DNA of 64,000 nt from Monocercomonoides exilis PA203 (Eukaryota > Protista > Preaxostyla): the NCBI GenBank assembly GCA_001643675.2, contig LSRY02000011.1, forward strand, positions 868,001 through 932,000. The letters run 5' to 3'. Position 1 is the first letter of the stretch. Each line of letters starts with the position of its first letter. Position numbers and translations under genes: made by a program. Below the pieces are notes generated by a model, which had not been told where the DNA came from, searched no databases, and worked only from the letters and a program-made list of their open reading frames with translations. This document shows, in pieces, positions 49,201 to 62,042 of the stretch.

Positions 49201-52200
49201 AAGTGTTTGAAATGTTTGAAATATCTGATGTGTTTGAAATGATTTGTTTTGAATGAAGTGATGGCGTGTCTGAATGAACGGGAAATGCAACATTCAATGA
49301 AGAAGGCTCTTCAATGGATGAGGAAGGGTGTTGCGATCGAGTTGAAAAGGGAGGTTGAGTCAAATTTACAAAAGAAGAGGTGTTTGAGTGAGAAATGGAG
49401 TGAAGCTGATTGGGTGATTGATTCAGTGAATTTTCATTAGGATTCAATGAAATTCTATTTGGTTGTGGCAATTCGGTCAATGTCTGTTGCTTTTGTGACA
49501 TATCAGATGAGTAAGTGTTTTGTTCATCTTTTATGATTTCTGTCATTTGAAGGGGAGAAGATGAAGATGAAGATGAAGATGCAGATTGGGAAGAAGGAGA
49601 AGGAGAAGGAGAAGGCATAGATTCATTTTGCTTGGAAGATATCAAATCAGATATTTGAGGAGAGGAAGCAGCAGATGCAGATGAGGCAGAATCAGAATCA
49701 GAGTCAAACTCAGAAGTTGAAGATGATAACGAAGAAGCAGAAGAAGCAGAAGAAGCAGAAGAAGCAGAAGAAGCAGAAGAAGCAGAAGAAGCAGAAGAAG
49801 CATCATAAGAGGAGGATGAAGAGGATGAGGAAAATGAGGATGAGGAAAATGAGGATGAGGAAGCAGATGCAGAAGAATAAGAGGAAGAAGCATCAACAGA
49901 TACAAGTGGTGCCTTCACACTGCTCTGTTCATCGAGTGCTTCTTCAGTCATTTGAGCATTTGAATGCAACAAACCAGGGAAAAACGACGAAATAGCAGAA
50001 AAGGCATCAGCCAATGAGAACTGTAGATCAGGAAGAGGAGGAAGAGGAGGGAGCGAGTCAAACTCATCAAACTCATCGGATTCGTCTTCTGATTCGTCCT
50101 CATCTTCATATTTGTTGTTTTCTTCTTCTTTCTCTTTATCGCCTTTGTTGTCTTCTTTCTCTTCTTCATTTACCAGATTCATTGTTTTATTTGGAGCGAC
50201 TGTGAAAACAGATTGCTGGTTCTGTTCTGATGGAGAAATAATGTTAGCAGAAGAAGATGTTGCAACTGGCTGAGAGAGAAAAACAGATTTTGAAGAATTC
50301 GAAATTGAATAAGAAGGAGCAGGAGCAGGAGCAGAAGCAGATGATGCAGATGCCATTGGATTGCATTCGTCTTGTGGAATATACGGCGGAGGAGCCACAG
50401 GTCTTGCCGTCTTATTCTGTGACTGTTTTTGTGGAAGAGTGTCATACAAAAGAGAAGGTGCATCTGCTTCTTCCACAACAACAACTTTCGATGCGGTTTG
50501 AGTTGAATCCGAAGATGAAGATGAAGAAGATGTTGGAGTTACCATTTGAGGTGATCTTTCTATTGAATTTGATCTAATCACCAGTTTTTCTGCCTCCTTC
50601 TGTTCTTCATCAATCTCATCTTCCTTCTCAGAGGCAGTTTTCTCTTTGGCTGCCTCTGCCTCTGCCTCTGCCTCTGCAACATCGTTCTCTTCCTCTTCAT
50701 TCTTCGACAGCAACGGCTGCAGCTCAACTTCTTTGTCTTTTCCCTCAAGTTTCGCTTTCTCCAATTCCTTCAATCGCTTCTTCTCCTTCTTTCGCTCTTT
50801 CTTCTCTTTCTTCTTCTCCTTCTTTTTTTCCTTCTTCTCTTTCTTCTCCTTCAGCTCTTTCAGTTCCTTCATCCGTTCTCCTCTCCAGCTGTGCTTCAAT
50901 TCCTGCTGTTGTGCTTGTGCTTGTGCTCGCTCTTGCTCCTGAACTTTAACTGAATGCAACTTAATCCTCTTCGGCAGCAGCTGCGTCTTGTCATCCACAT
51001 CACTCTCATCTGATTTATCTTCACTTCCTCCTTTTTCTCTCCTCTTTTTTTCTTCTTGTTCGAATTCCCTGATTTTTCTGCTTTCTCTTTCTCTTTCCCT
51101 TCTCTCTCTCTCTTTCCTCGCCTCTGCAGCTCGTTGATACCTCTCCTTTATCTTCTTTTCTTCCATCTCCTTTTCTTGCCTCATCTTCTCCTCTTTCTCT
51201 CTTTCCAGCCTCTCCATCCGCTCTTTTGCCCTCTTCTCTCTTTCTTCTTTCTCCTTTGACAAATTCTCGCTTGTCATTCGAGTGTTTTCAATCAAGTGCA
51301 TCATCAGTCTTCTTCTCTTCTGCAGCCTTTTCGCGTCTCTTTCTCGCTTCCTCTTCTCTCTTCGCTCCATCCGCCTCTCCATCTTCCTGTTGGCTATTCT
51401 TTCTGCTCTTTCTTCTGCATCTTCCTCGTCCATACTGCTCCCTTCTTGCTCTTCCTCTTCCTCTTCCTCCTCTTCTTCATCTTCATCGTCATCATCATCT
51501 TCGTCCTCTTCTTCTTCTGAATTTGTACTCTCAAACTCAAGTTCTTCGGGACGGAAGATTGGCAGTGTTCCATTTGAGTTAAATGAGTCTTCATCTTCTT
51601 CCTCATCTTCTTCTTCCTCCTCATCGTCATCTTCATCTTCGTCGTCATCTTCATCATCGTCTTCGTCATCGTCATCTGAATCATCATCATCATCATCGTC
51701 TTCGTCATCGTCTTCATCCTCATCAGATTCATTCTTCTTCTTCTCCTCGTTTTCCTTGCTGCTCTTTGTACTTTCTCTGTAGATGCCGCTTCTGCTTTCA
51801 TCAACAATCGAAAGAGCAGGCAGACGAAAGCTTGGGAGTGTCATGTTGTCATCAAACGAGTCTTCTTCGCTGTCTGCATCGAAGACACTGCTGCCGCTGC
51901 TGTTGTTGACGAGGTTTCTTCCCCATTTCCTTTCCTCTTTTTCCTTTGCAAACGAAAATTCTGCTTTTGCTTTCTCAATCTGTATTGCTTTGATAGACTC
52001 TTCGATGAAGCTGGCCTTTGAGATTTCTTCTTCTTTCTTTCTTTTTGCCACCCCAGGCACACTCTCATTTTTCATTTCTTGCTGAATTTGGAGGATGTTC
52101 TCTTTTGAATATGATGATGAGGCAGAAGCTTGATTCTGTTGTGATGATAACTGTCCTGCTGTGAATGTTTGTGGTTGTGCAGATGAAGATGATGAAGAAG

Positions 52201-53894
52201 ATAAAGTTGAAGCTGAAGGCTGAACATTTGTTCCATTTACCACAGAAGAAGGCGATGAAGAAGCAGAAGAAACAGCAGAAGATGGCTGCTTTAATGAAGG
52301 CGGTAATGCTTTTGATGCACCACTTGCAGATTCCATAGCTTTCTTCTTTGCTTCCTCCATTCTTCTTTTCATCTCCTCAACTTGCTTTTTCCGCTGCTCT
52401 TCAAACAATCTGCGCTGCTCCTCAAACTTCTGCCGGACATCCAGAATCCTTTTGCTCTCATCACTAACATTCTCTTGACCAGCTGGCTTTTGAAGCGACT
52501 GTTCTTGCTTGCTGTTTTGTGCAGATGATGTTGATGAGTTAACAGTAGATACTTCATTTTTTGTGCTATTTTCATCTTTTCCTGTTTGGGTTTTGATTTC
52601 ACTTTGTTGTTGCTGCTGCTGCTGTTTGTTTTGAGCGACATCTGAAGCATTTTCTTGAGTTATTTCAGATTTTTCATTTTGTTGTGAAGAAATTTGACCA
52701 TTTTCAGATACAACTTTTTCTTCCTTTGGTGCAGTATCATCAATCAAATTCTTATTTTCTGGTGAAGGTGTCTTTTCAGAGTTAGTTCCAGCCAATTGAG
52801 AAGTTTCATTTTCTGATGATGTTTTTGACTGTCGTTGTGTTTCCTGTGCTGATGAAGAGGAAGATGAGGATGCAGATGCAGCTGAGGCTTCTCCTTCTCC
52901 TTTTTCTTCCTTTGTCTCTTCTTTAACCTGATCTCCGTTTTCTTGCTGAGCTTCTTTCTGTTTCTGTTGTTCTTTTGCAAGCTCTTGCTCTTTCAACTCT
53001 TTTAGTCGTTTCTTTTCCTCTTTCTTTTTGGCTTTCTTTTCTTTTTTTCTTTTTTTCTTTTCTTTTTTTAGCTGTTTTCTTCGCTTTTTCTCTGCACGTT
53101 TCTCTTGTCGCAGCTTTTCTCTTTCTTCTCTTCTTCTTTGCCTTTCTTCTTCAATTCTCTTTTGTTGTTCTTCTCTTCTCTTTAGCATTGGTAATGATTC
53201 TTTTCGGAGAGATAAAGGTGCAACTAATATTAACAAACGCTCATTAGCCTTTTCGGAAAACTTAAAAGTTGTCTCTTGTTTTGGAAGAGGTCTTGGAAAC
53301 AGAAGTGAATCTGCAAGCTGTGTAACCTCAGCTGCGACAAGAACAATTTGCTGAGCAAATTGATGATCTGTTCTTGGTTTTGAACGAAGAAAAGGAAGCA
53401 TCGCTTCCTCTAAGCTTTCACTGCTATCATGATCCTCGTCTTCAGGATCATCATTTTCTTCGAGCATGTTTTTCAATTTTTCTTTTTCAGCATCATCTCG
53501 TTTTTTAGTCTTCAGTTTTCTCTTATATTCTTGTTTTGCAACTGCGATAAGCTGAGGAGGTGGTCGCGGATAAGGTTTCATGCCCAACGGTTCATATGGA
53601 TATAGATATGCATATCCTGTTCTACGTTTTTCAGATTCTCTTCTTCTCCACTCTTTCTCTAATAATCTTTGTTTTTTCAATTTCTCTCCTTCTATATAAC
53701 GCAGATCAAGTTCATCCATATCTGATTGCAACACAATCTCATTTGAAGACTCCATGACCTGTTTTGAATCTGGATGAACCAATGCTTCACCAGTTTTTTG
53801 TTGAAATTGAAAATCTGTGATCTAACCGTAATTATGTTAGTCTTCAAATGAAAGTTTTCATTCAGTTTTTCATTTTATTTAAACCATGGAACAT
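36875..53894 (-). CDS. Giant (~5,650 aa) low-complexity protein with polyQ/polyS/acidic tracts and repeated Q/M-rich helical motif; function unknown
   Basis: 16.9-kb uninterrupted ORF (36875-53782). The frame extends to an AG acceptor near 53815, and an in-frame micro-exon ATG TTC CAT G|GT at 53885-53894 is the inferred start. No recognisable catalytic motif. Confidence 0.85.
49731..49802. repeat. Perfect 9-bp tandem repeat (GAAGAAGCA)x8 encoding (Ala-Ser-Ser)n
   Basis: Direct read; corresponds to ASSASSASS... in the giant ORF. Confidence 0.95.
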
Positions 53895-54291
53895 TATGGC
53901 AATGCTTAACGAAGTCAAAATAAGTATTAAGAAGGATATAATAACCATCCGCAAATGGTGTGTGAATATTATCTTATAATCACTCAAAAAAAGAAACAAG
54001 AATAAGGTCAAGATAATGGAAGATTGAAATAAATGAAAGTGAGGGTAAAATTGAAGAAGATATGACTTATAATTAAATCAATTCCCCTCTTTTCAATGAA
54101 AAAAACTAAAATCAAAGAAACAGAAAAATAAAGAAAAAAATTCAATCAGATAATGAGAGTTAACAACTTTTTATAACAAATTTCAATTAGTCAAGAAAAG
54201 ATAATAAAAATTCCTTCGGTAAAGAAGAATAGCCGATAGAAATAGAAATAGAAACAGATGTGCAGATATTGCTGTGCATTCATAGAGTTAT

Positions 54292-54397
54292 TTATCCGAA
54301 GCGCCTTGAAACATTTGCAGCCTCAGAAACAATCTTCAAAAACCTGAACAAGCGAAAAATAAATAAGATGATACAAAAAAACACAGAAAAAGAAAAG

Positions 54398-54428
<31 letters not shown>

Positions 54429-54792
54429 GAAAATATAAAACAAATTCAAATTCCAACACACTTTTTCGAATTGAGGACAGTTGAGCCGCCGAGGAAGACT
54501 CTCACGCCGCGTGTGAGTAACTTGCCGAAGCTGGCAGCTTCTTCGTAGGTGATGCCACCAACCACGAAAATGACGATGTTCTGAAGAGCAGCATCAGAAG
54601 GGACAAGAGACGAAGGAGTGGAAGAAGACGAGGCAGAGGCTGAGGAAGAGGCGGACGCTCGTTGCAGCTGAGGGAAGGGTTTATTGAATGAATGAATGAA
54701 TGGAAGGTGTTGATGAATGTGATAGAAAAAATTTGATTGTGATGATTAAAATTGAAAATAAAAAGAAAAAAATAAAGTTGAATCAGATAGGT

Positions 54793-54866
<74 letters not shown>

Positions 54867-57606
54867 GAAAGAGAAAGAGAGAGAGAGAGAGAGAGAAGCA
54901 ATTCAGAAATCATAAAAACATGATCGAAAAAATACGCAAATATGAAATGCAAACTGATTGTGAGGGTGGAGTGTGTATTGTGTCAAAATGAGATGGATCA
55001 AGAGAGTTTTCAACAATTTGAGTGGCAACTAAATAAATCAAAAATATAAGTGAAAAAATGATCCAATATTCAAAAACATCAACCATTTTTCAAAAAGAAT
55101 TTCAAAAAAAAAGGGGGAAAAAAAATAAAGAAAAAAGAAAAGAAAAGAAAAAATCAAACGATCAGCAACAAGAGGCACGTGGCGAGTGAGCACGTTTTCG
55201 ACTCCTTTGAACACAGAAGCAAGTTTTTGTTTGAATGCAGAAGACATCGTCTTATTTTGGAACAAATCCAAAGTACGACACCTCGTACCTGCAAACATGA
55301 GCATATCATCAATTAACTGTAAAGAATAAAATGAAAAACAATGACAATGAAAAAAGAAGAAGAAATTAAGAAATTAAGGAAATATTATCAAATATATCGA
55401 AATGATGAGAATTACAGAATGATAAAGAGGATTCAAATTAAACGAAAAAAAAAAAAGCATCAACAACAAATGTTCATTCTTCATATCATTATTAACAAAT
55501 ATTTCCATTCCATCCATTCATTATTCAACAATAACACAAAATAATTGAATCCAACATTGACAACACACATTCACTTTCTCCGGGATGATTGTCTGCAGTC
55601 TGTCTTTAAACTGAGCAATGCGATTTCCTCTTTCTGTCTCATAGCGCAGTGCATACAGCAGCACCAGCTTCAGCTTGTCTTCAGCGTGATAGCGAGTGTC
55701 GTTGAGTGCCTCTTCCACCCTCTTCACAGCATCCGAATGGCTGTTTGCACAGGCCAGCTCCTGCTCCAGCTCAGACAAGTCGTACATTCCCCTGTTCTCA
55801 ATCTGATGTGTCAGCGCATCGATAGTCTCAACGTGCTTGGCAACACCTGAGCCGATCTTGCGGAATTCTGGATAATCATCCAGGAATTGCATCATGTCCT
55901 TTGTGAAGATGGAGAATTAATGATTGAAAGGATGTTAAGATAAAACAGGATTGGTTCAAAGGAAAGAAAAGAAAATAAGAACAAAAACATTGTGATTATT
56001 TAATTCCAAATTTATTTATGATCTCATTGCAAATAAACTGAATACAAACTTGCATAGATTCGACCTTGCGCGATTTTTGCTCTGCATGGCGAGCCTGATA
56101 TTCCTGTGAAAGCTGCTGCATTCTTTCGCACAGCATTCCCAAGTCGCTGTCGATGTTGTCGTGGAAGAATTGATCGTAAACAGGAGAAAACACTTCGGGC
56201 TAACAAAACGTGAATGATATGACAATATTCAAAAAAAAAAAAAAGAAAGAAGAAACAATATGATTATTAATAAATTCGTTATTGTTTTCAGAAAAATAGT
56301 TCAAATATAGAAAAATAAATGATTAAGTCCAAGTCAAACAAACCTGCTGTCCTGGTTCTGGTGCAAAACGGCCGCTCTTCACAACAAGAGACATTTGCTC
56401 TTCCAATCCAAATAATTCATGCATCATTGAGCCATACGTCCACTGTGAAGCAATGAAGAAAAACAGCATGAAGTCATTTTGAAAGAAGAATAAGCCATTA
56501 AAGATGAATGCATTTGTCATTCAAAGAAAAGATTATTTGAAATGATTTAAAAAGTTGGTAATTTATTTTTAATGAAAATAGTTTTGCAAACAGCAAATAA
56601 AAGAGGAGACACGGGATCTTCTCTTCGGTCAATGATAAGAACAGTAGCTGGTCTAAACTGCCTTCCATGATACAAACTTTCATTATCGCGCAAATGTGTC
56701 TGCAAAAAGAATGAAGCAAATGAATATTTAAAAACCTAGATTAATCATACAACAACTCCATCTGCAAGTTGCCTACATATATTCGAAGATTTAAGATATC
56801 GTATCGAAGAAGGGCGCAAATATTGACACAAAAGAGATGAAACAATCTTGTAAAAAATTATATATTTAATAAAAAACTTCAACAAAATATAATATTTTTT
56901 TTCTCAAACTGTTCTGACCCACGACATGTATGTATCAAAAAATACATCTGGAATTCTTCCTGTTGATAGATGAAGAGGAATTGAATAATATCCTTCTGCG
57001 GTCATTCCAGTAGTTGCTGATGCAACTGTTCTTATTTCTGTTGGAAGTGTCGTAAACATTGTTGGCGTAACTGGATGAAGAGCGCAAAATATCTCTTTAA
57101 CACTTACCACAGCTTCTTTAACATCATCTCCGGCAAGGTCTTCTAAGTCTCCAGGTCTTAAACCTGGAAGAAATGCTATTAAATAAAAGTCAAAAATCAA
57201 AATAAAGAAAACAGCATTCAACTTTAAAAATAAAAATAAACAGTCACACCAATATGATATTCTTTGTAATTTGGATCTTTAAGTTCATTTGCCAAGAGTT
57301 CAATGTTTTCTCTTGTTGGCAACAAAATGCAAATCGCTTTCATTGTTGGAAGTTTTTCTCTTCCTTTTGAATTAAGTTTTTGAATAAGATACACATCGTG
57401 CCTAAGAATTTCTGCTTGCCCGAATACTAATGATATAATTGAGCTCTTTGTAAAAATAGATTGTGGAAATATTTCTTTTATCAAAAAGCACAAACTGTAC
57501 GATCATCAAGAAGCAGCACTTTCATTCCTTCTGCTGCAAATACATTTGTAAAATAACTTCTAATGCCTTCGAAGAGATATTCCGTTCGGGGAGTATCGTG
57601 TGACAT
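54292..57606 (-). CDS. VPS45: Sec1/Munc18-family protein VPS45, many exons
   Basis: GMKVLLLDDRT; SIISLVFGQAEILRHDVYL; MKAICILLPTRENIELLANELKDPNYKEYHI; LLIIDRREDPVSPLLFA/WTYGSMMHELFG; DQFFHDN; MMQFLDDYPEFRKIGSGVAKHV; LSELEQELAC; KLVLLYALRYE; KGVENVLTRHVP; IVIFVVGGITYEEA; LGGSTVLNSKS. Confidence 0.93.
54797..54896. repeat. (GA)n microsatellite inside a VPS45 intron
   Basis: About 100 bp of GA dinucleotide with few interruptions. Confidence 0.95.
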
Positions 57607-57981
57607 AAAGTTTAGTTTTCAATAAGAGTACAAATGGTATCAAAGATCAATGTTTTGATAAACATTTTTTATAAGTTATTAACGTTTTGTTTCTATTTAT
57701 AACACGTTTTGATAAAAGGAGAAATGACATTGCAGTTAAAGGAAATAATTTTACCATATTTATTTTAATCTTTTCGATATTCGTTTTTTAAAATTTGTTC
57801 TGTCATTGAAAGGGATACGAACGAAATCCTTTGTCCTGTGTGTAGCTGTTATCTTGGCCACCTTTCGCTGTCAAAGAGGCAAACACACGTCTTGAGTTGC
57901 ATATCTCCTGATGATTCAAAAAATAATTTTGTATCTTCCAAACGAAATACCACAAAAAATGGTGGTGAACATCCACAAAAA

Positions 57982-60981
57982 ATGCAACAAAAGAAAGCAA
58001 TAAGCGAAAGCAGCGTGGCAAAATTAAACGATTCTTTTTTGTTATGCCCAATCTGCGGATTAATTTTTGATGGAGAACTGACGGAAAAGAAAAAAATATT
58101 TCACATACGAGAATGCGCTGCACAAGAAGGAGTAGATGTTTCAACCTTACTAAAATTTTTACTTGGTTCTATGAAGGGAAAGGACGGAGCTGACATTGAC
58201 GATCAAAACTTAATGGATGCAACACTTTCTCAACAGAATACTCAACAAAATTTATCGCAACCACAAGAAAGGAAGTCCACAGACCATCGTACTCCAATTA
58301 ATCTTCGCTTGCTTCGAAGCGCGGCAAAAAAAGTCAAAGAATTTAAAACTGCAAGTACTGATTCAGAAGTGGAAATGCAAATTCCTTCATCTATTCCTGC
58401 TTTTGATTCAAATACTTTACCTTTAAATCAAAATAGCACTGATTCAAATAATGCTTCAACATTCTCTTCATCGTCGAACGACGAATCTCTCAATATAAAT
58501 ACATTAATTAAGCCAGACACAGAATTTTCGAATAATTTAAATGAATCACTTGCAGTTGGATCTTCAGATATCCAAAAAGAGAAAAATACGTTGCCTTTGC
58601 CTTTTCCTTCAGAGGCTTCAGTAATATCTTTTCTATCTGAATTTAAAAACAAAGATCAACCTGTTTTTACACCTCATTTGAGTTGCTCAAACTCACTTCC
58701 TTTACATGCAAATGAGCCAGTTCGTTTATTAGATTCTAAAACCGTTTCTCCATCGGCGACATCGGAAGTATTGTTTCCTTCTTTTGCAACAACAACATCA
58801 CCACCCCATGCTATTGAATCAGCGGAAAAATCTACAACGCCATTATCATCTTCTTCTTTTTCTTCTTTTTCTTCAAACGATAACAAGTCGCTTCATCGTC
58901 GTCTTTCTATTCATCGTAAGCATTCTTTCGCAGAAACAAGGCGTAAGAGTCCGAACTTTATTTCTTCATCTGATACGAACTCTTCTGAGGAGTCAATTCC
59001 GACTTCACTTTTGCCTGATCATGGAAGACAAATAGATTTATCTGGCTTCAAATTTCGAGATGATTCCAATAATCCTGATATGAAGCCAAACCCTTTCTCT
59101 CGTTTTAGGTTACAAACAAAAGCCTCAATTGATAGTATATCTTCTGAACAGGTCTCAGATTCATTTGAAAGGCATTTTCATCAGAATAGAGATACGGGCA
59201 TTTCTCAAAAATCACAAAGAAAACAAGAGACTTCTTTTGTTGGCGTAAACAAACTTGACGATGTGTTGAAAGTTACAACTCATGCAATTATTGAAATAGA
59301 TTCAGATTCAGATTCGGATTCGCAAAGTTGTCAAATCATTGATTTCCAGAAAAAGGAGAAAGATAGTGATCTAAAAAGCAATTCTTCAACAACCGAAACA
59401 ATTTCTGAAAAAAGTGTATTTTCTTCACAAGGAAATTCCCAGCAATTAATGCCATCTTTTTCAACACCTCCATTTGTGGAGCAAACAATGTACATTTCAT
59501 CAATCCAATCAAATCAAAATCCAGTGACAACACCTTCGCCAACTCAAATGCTATTAGCGATGGGGATTGACTCAGATGCCCATCAATCAAACGATGAAAA
59601 AGTTAGTCCATTATATCCTTCAAAGTCAATATTTGATGACAATCCAATTTTTTGTTCTGACAAGACGGAATCTTTTGCGAACTTTTCTTCTCAATCCACT
59701 TCGGAGAATAAATCTTGTGATGAACTTGACAATGACAGCGAGAGTTATGATGCGCCTTCAAACTCTTCGAGTCAGGAAATAACCATCTCTCCGATTTCAT
59801 CTCCTTTGAAAAGATACAAAATTCATTCTCCAAGTTTTACTAATTCCAGACTATCTCCAACGTTATTAGTTTCCCCAAGAAAGATACTTTCTCGATTTAG
59901 AATATCAGAAATAACCTTTGGATCGTCTATTTTTTCTTCTTCAACTTCAAAAAGCGATCACACACTTGTAAGTTCGACATCTCGCAAAAAAATAAAGAAA
60001 TTCCAAAAAAAGATAAGGAAAAGAGCTGAAATGATAAAAGAACAAGAAGAATATGAAAAAGCAAAAGACAAAGTGGATTCAAAAATGCAACATGAAAAAT
60101 TTGATAGCAAAACCACAAGTTGTTTCAATGGTCCTATTCTGACTGAAACAATTCAATATGACTGTGAAAGCAAAAAATTGACAGAAATTGATGAGGAACC
60201 ATTTAAAAGAGTAAAAGAGAGTTTGTCGCACTCGAACATTTCAGCCCATTCAGCACTTGCAAAAGGAATTAAAAACTCAAAAGTCATTTCTAAACGAAGC
60301 CATTTGGAAAAATTTCCATCAACTTTCGGTTCAATTGGATATAATCAAAGTATCGAAAATGATCAATCTTCAAAGTATCGGCATGAAAACACTTTGGAAA
60401 ATGAGATACAACTTGGGCAAAATTCGTCGTTATCTATTAATCAACCGGCTGGTGCTTCTGAATGCGAAGTTGGGAAAGAAATCATTTGTGAAATGAAGCA
60501 GAGAAACATTTTGGAATCGTTTACTCAAAAATGTGAAAAATTGAGAGATGAAAAAGGCTTTGAACATTTTCTTGGCAATTGCTTAAGAGGAGAAAAAGAA
60601 AATAAAGTGAATTCAATTCATAACAACATCAAAAGCGAGAATACATTGAAATTGAAAAAAGATTATTCATTGATACAAATTAACAGACTGTTTACAGTTA
60701 GCTCAACGAATTTTGAAGAAAGCGATAAATTTTTGCATGTTAAAAAACAAAGTGAAATTTATCAAACCGAGGCAGGACTGATGAGCAGAGAAGGGAGATG
60801 CTCAGATATTGATAAAGCTCTTCAAGAAATTTTTGAAAAAGAATATATTTTTCCATTGTCGAGCTTGAAGATTGAAGAAAAAAAACTCGATGTGGAAGGT
60901 GGTGCTCAAAATGAGAAAGAGAAATCGAATATATTACTTTGGCAACTAGGAAGCTCAAATAAGTTCAAAACTTTTTTGTAA
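57982..60981 (+). CDS. Large disordered Ser-rich protein with N-terminal UBZ4-like zinc finger (SLX4-like)
   Basis: Intronless ORF, first ATG at 57982. CPICGLIFDGELTEKKKIFHIRECAAQEGVDVSTLLKFL resembles SLX4 UBZ-2 (CPICGKPF...RTSHLKQCAVKMEVGPQLLLQAV). SIM-like IIEIDSDSD; C-terminal LLWQLGS. Confidence 0.7.
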   Translation: MQQKKAISESSVAKLNDSFLLCPICGLIFDGELTEKKKIFHIRECAAQEGVDVSTLLKFLLGSMKGKDGADIDDQNLMDATLSQQNTQQNLSQPQERKSTDHRTPINLRLLRSAAKKVKEFKTASTDSEVEMQIPSSIPAFDSNTLPLNQNSTDSNNASTFSSSSNDESLNINTLIKPDTEFSNNLNESLAVGSSDIQKEKNTLPLPFPSEASVISFLSEFKNKDQPVFTPHLSCSNSLPLHANEPVRLLDSKTVSPSATSEVLFPSFATTTSPPHAIESAEKSTTPLSSSSFSSFSSNDNKSLHRRLSIHRKHSFAETRRKSPNFISSSDTNSSEESIPTSLLPDHGRQIDLSGFKFRDDSNNPDMKPNPFSRFRLQTKASIDSISSEQVSDSFERHFHQNRDTGISQKSQRKQETSFVGVNKLDDVLKVTTHAIIEIDSDSDSDSQSCQIIDFQKKEKDSDLKSNSSTTETISEKSVFSSQGNSQQLMPSFSTPPFVEQTMYISSIQSNQNPVTTPSPTQMLLAMGIDSDAHQSNDEKVSPLYPSKSIFDDNPIFCSDKTESFANFSSQSTSENKSCDELDNDSESYDAPSNSSSQEITISPISSPLKRYKIHSPSFTNSRLSPTLLVSPRKILSRFRISEITFGSSIFSSSTSKSDHTLVSSTSRKKIKKFQKKIRKRAEMIKEQEEYEKAKDKVDSKMQHEKFDSKTTSCFNGPILTETIQYDCESKKLTEIDEEPFKRVKESLSHSNISAHSALAKGIKNSKVISKRSHLEKFPSTFGSIGYNQSIENDQSSKYRHENTLENEIQLGQNSSLSINQPAGASECEVGKEIICEMKQRNILESFTQKCEKLRDEKGFEHFLGNCLRGEKENKVNSIHNNIKSENTLKLKKDYSLIQINRLFTVSSTNFEESDKFLHVKKQSEIYQTEAGLMSREGRCSDIDKALQEIFEKEYIFPLSSLKIEEKKLDVEGGAQNEKEKSNILLWQLGSSNKFKTFL

Positions 60982-61316
60982 AAAACTGTTATTTCTGTTT
61001 CTTCCAAAAATGACTCGAAAGTTATTTTTTAAAAATGCTCAATTATTTTTTGGATAATTTAATTTTATTTTGTATTTTTCTGAAAGAGCAATTTGTTGAT
61101 AAAACTTTTTTCAAAACTAAATCAATTTATTTTTTCGAATAGTTTTTCTTTAACAAAAAATAAAACCAATGAAAGAAATTTAAATAATACCTTTAAATTA
61201 AAATAGTTAGCAAATATTTATTTCTTGGGCTGTTAATAAATAAGATCTGGTTTCTTTAACAGAAATTTCTTTTTTCATGATAATCTCGCTTGCATGTGAT
61301 AAGGCTCACATTCATT

Positions 61317-61317
<1 letters not shown>

Positions 61318-61366
<49 letters not shown>
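61318..61366 (+). repeat. Poly(A) run, 49 nt
   Basis: Direct read of the sequence. Confidence 0.95.
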
Positions 61367-61368
<2 letters not shown>

Positions 61369-61642
61369 GTGTTGATAATTCTGGAAATATTCTTTTTAAG
61401 TGCATTTTTCCCCCACAACCTGAATAGTTTTTTTTATGGTATTATTAAAATGTTTAAGGTAGAATTATTATTTCAAAAGTTAATATTTCAAATTAATCCT
61501 TCAGTTAACTCATTTGCTGCATACCAATGTTTTTTTGTCGATTCATTCAAGTCGACGAACAAGTAAGTCAGTTTTGATTTTAATTTTTTATAAATAAGAA
61601 AATTTTTCGAATTATTTATAAAAGTTTTTCGAAATCATTGCA

Positions 61643-61890
61643 GAGATATGGTATATCAGCTATAGATCCATCTCGATAAAGATCAATCAATATTATCTAT
61701 TTATGTTTATCTGATGGTTGTTATCATCTTGTATAATAAGTTGGAATAGGCAATGATAATAGGTAGAGATCGAGAGTTATTGCTGATATTCTTAGGGGTT
61801 TATCATGATTTGATTTTCAGTGATGTTCCATAATGAAGGAGTTATTGACTGCGTAATCGATATGTATCTATAGCTGACATACCATATCTC
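61643..61890. repeat. Inverted repeat (35-bp arms, ~250 bp total): MITE or element-terminal hairpin
   Basis: Left gagatatggtatatcagctatagatccatctcgat versus reverse complement of right gagatatggtatgtcagctatagatacatatcgat (3 mismatches in 35). Confidence 0.8.
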
Positions 61891-62042
61891 CAAGGAGAAG
61901 ATTAGCTAAAAGATTAACTGAAAGATTAACTGGAGTGTCGAAGATAGTGAATTAGTGTGAACATGTGTTGTATGTTGAAGGTGTGAGCGTTGGTGAAAAT
62001 CGCAAATAAAAATAATTGATTAAGTTTTTTGTTTTATAGTAA

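Noticed and set aside
36861-53757. Dozens of overlapping ORFs on other frames and strands
   Set aside because: Expected shadows of trinucleotide-repeat-rich coding sequence; no independent motifs.
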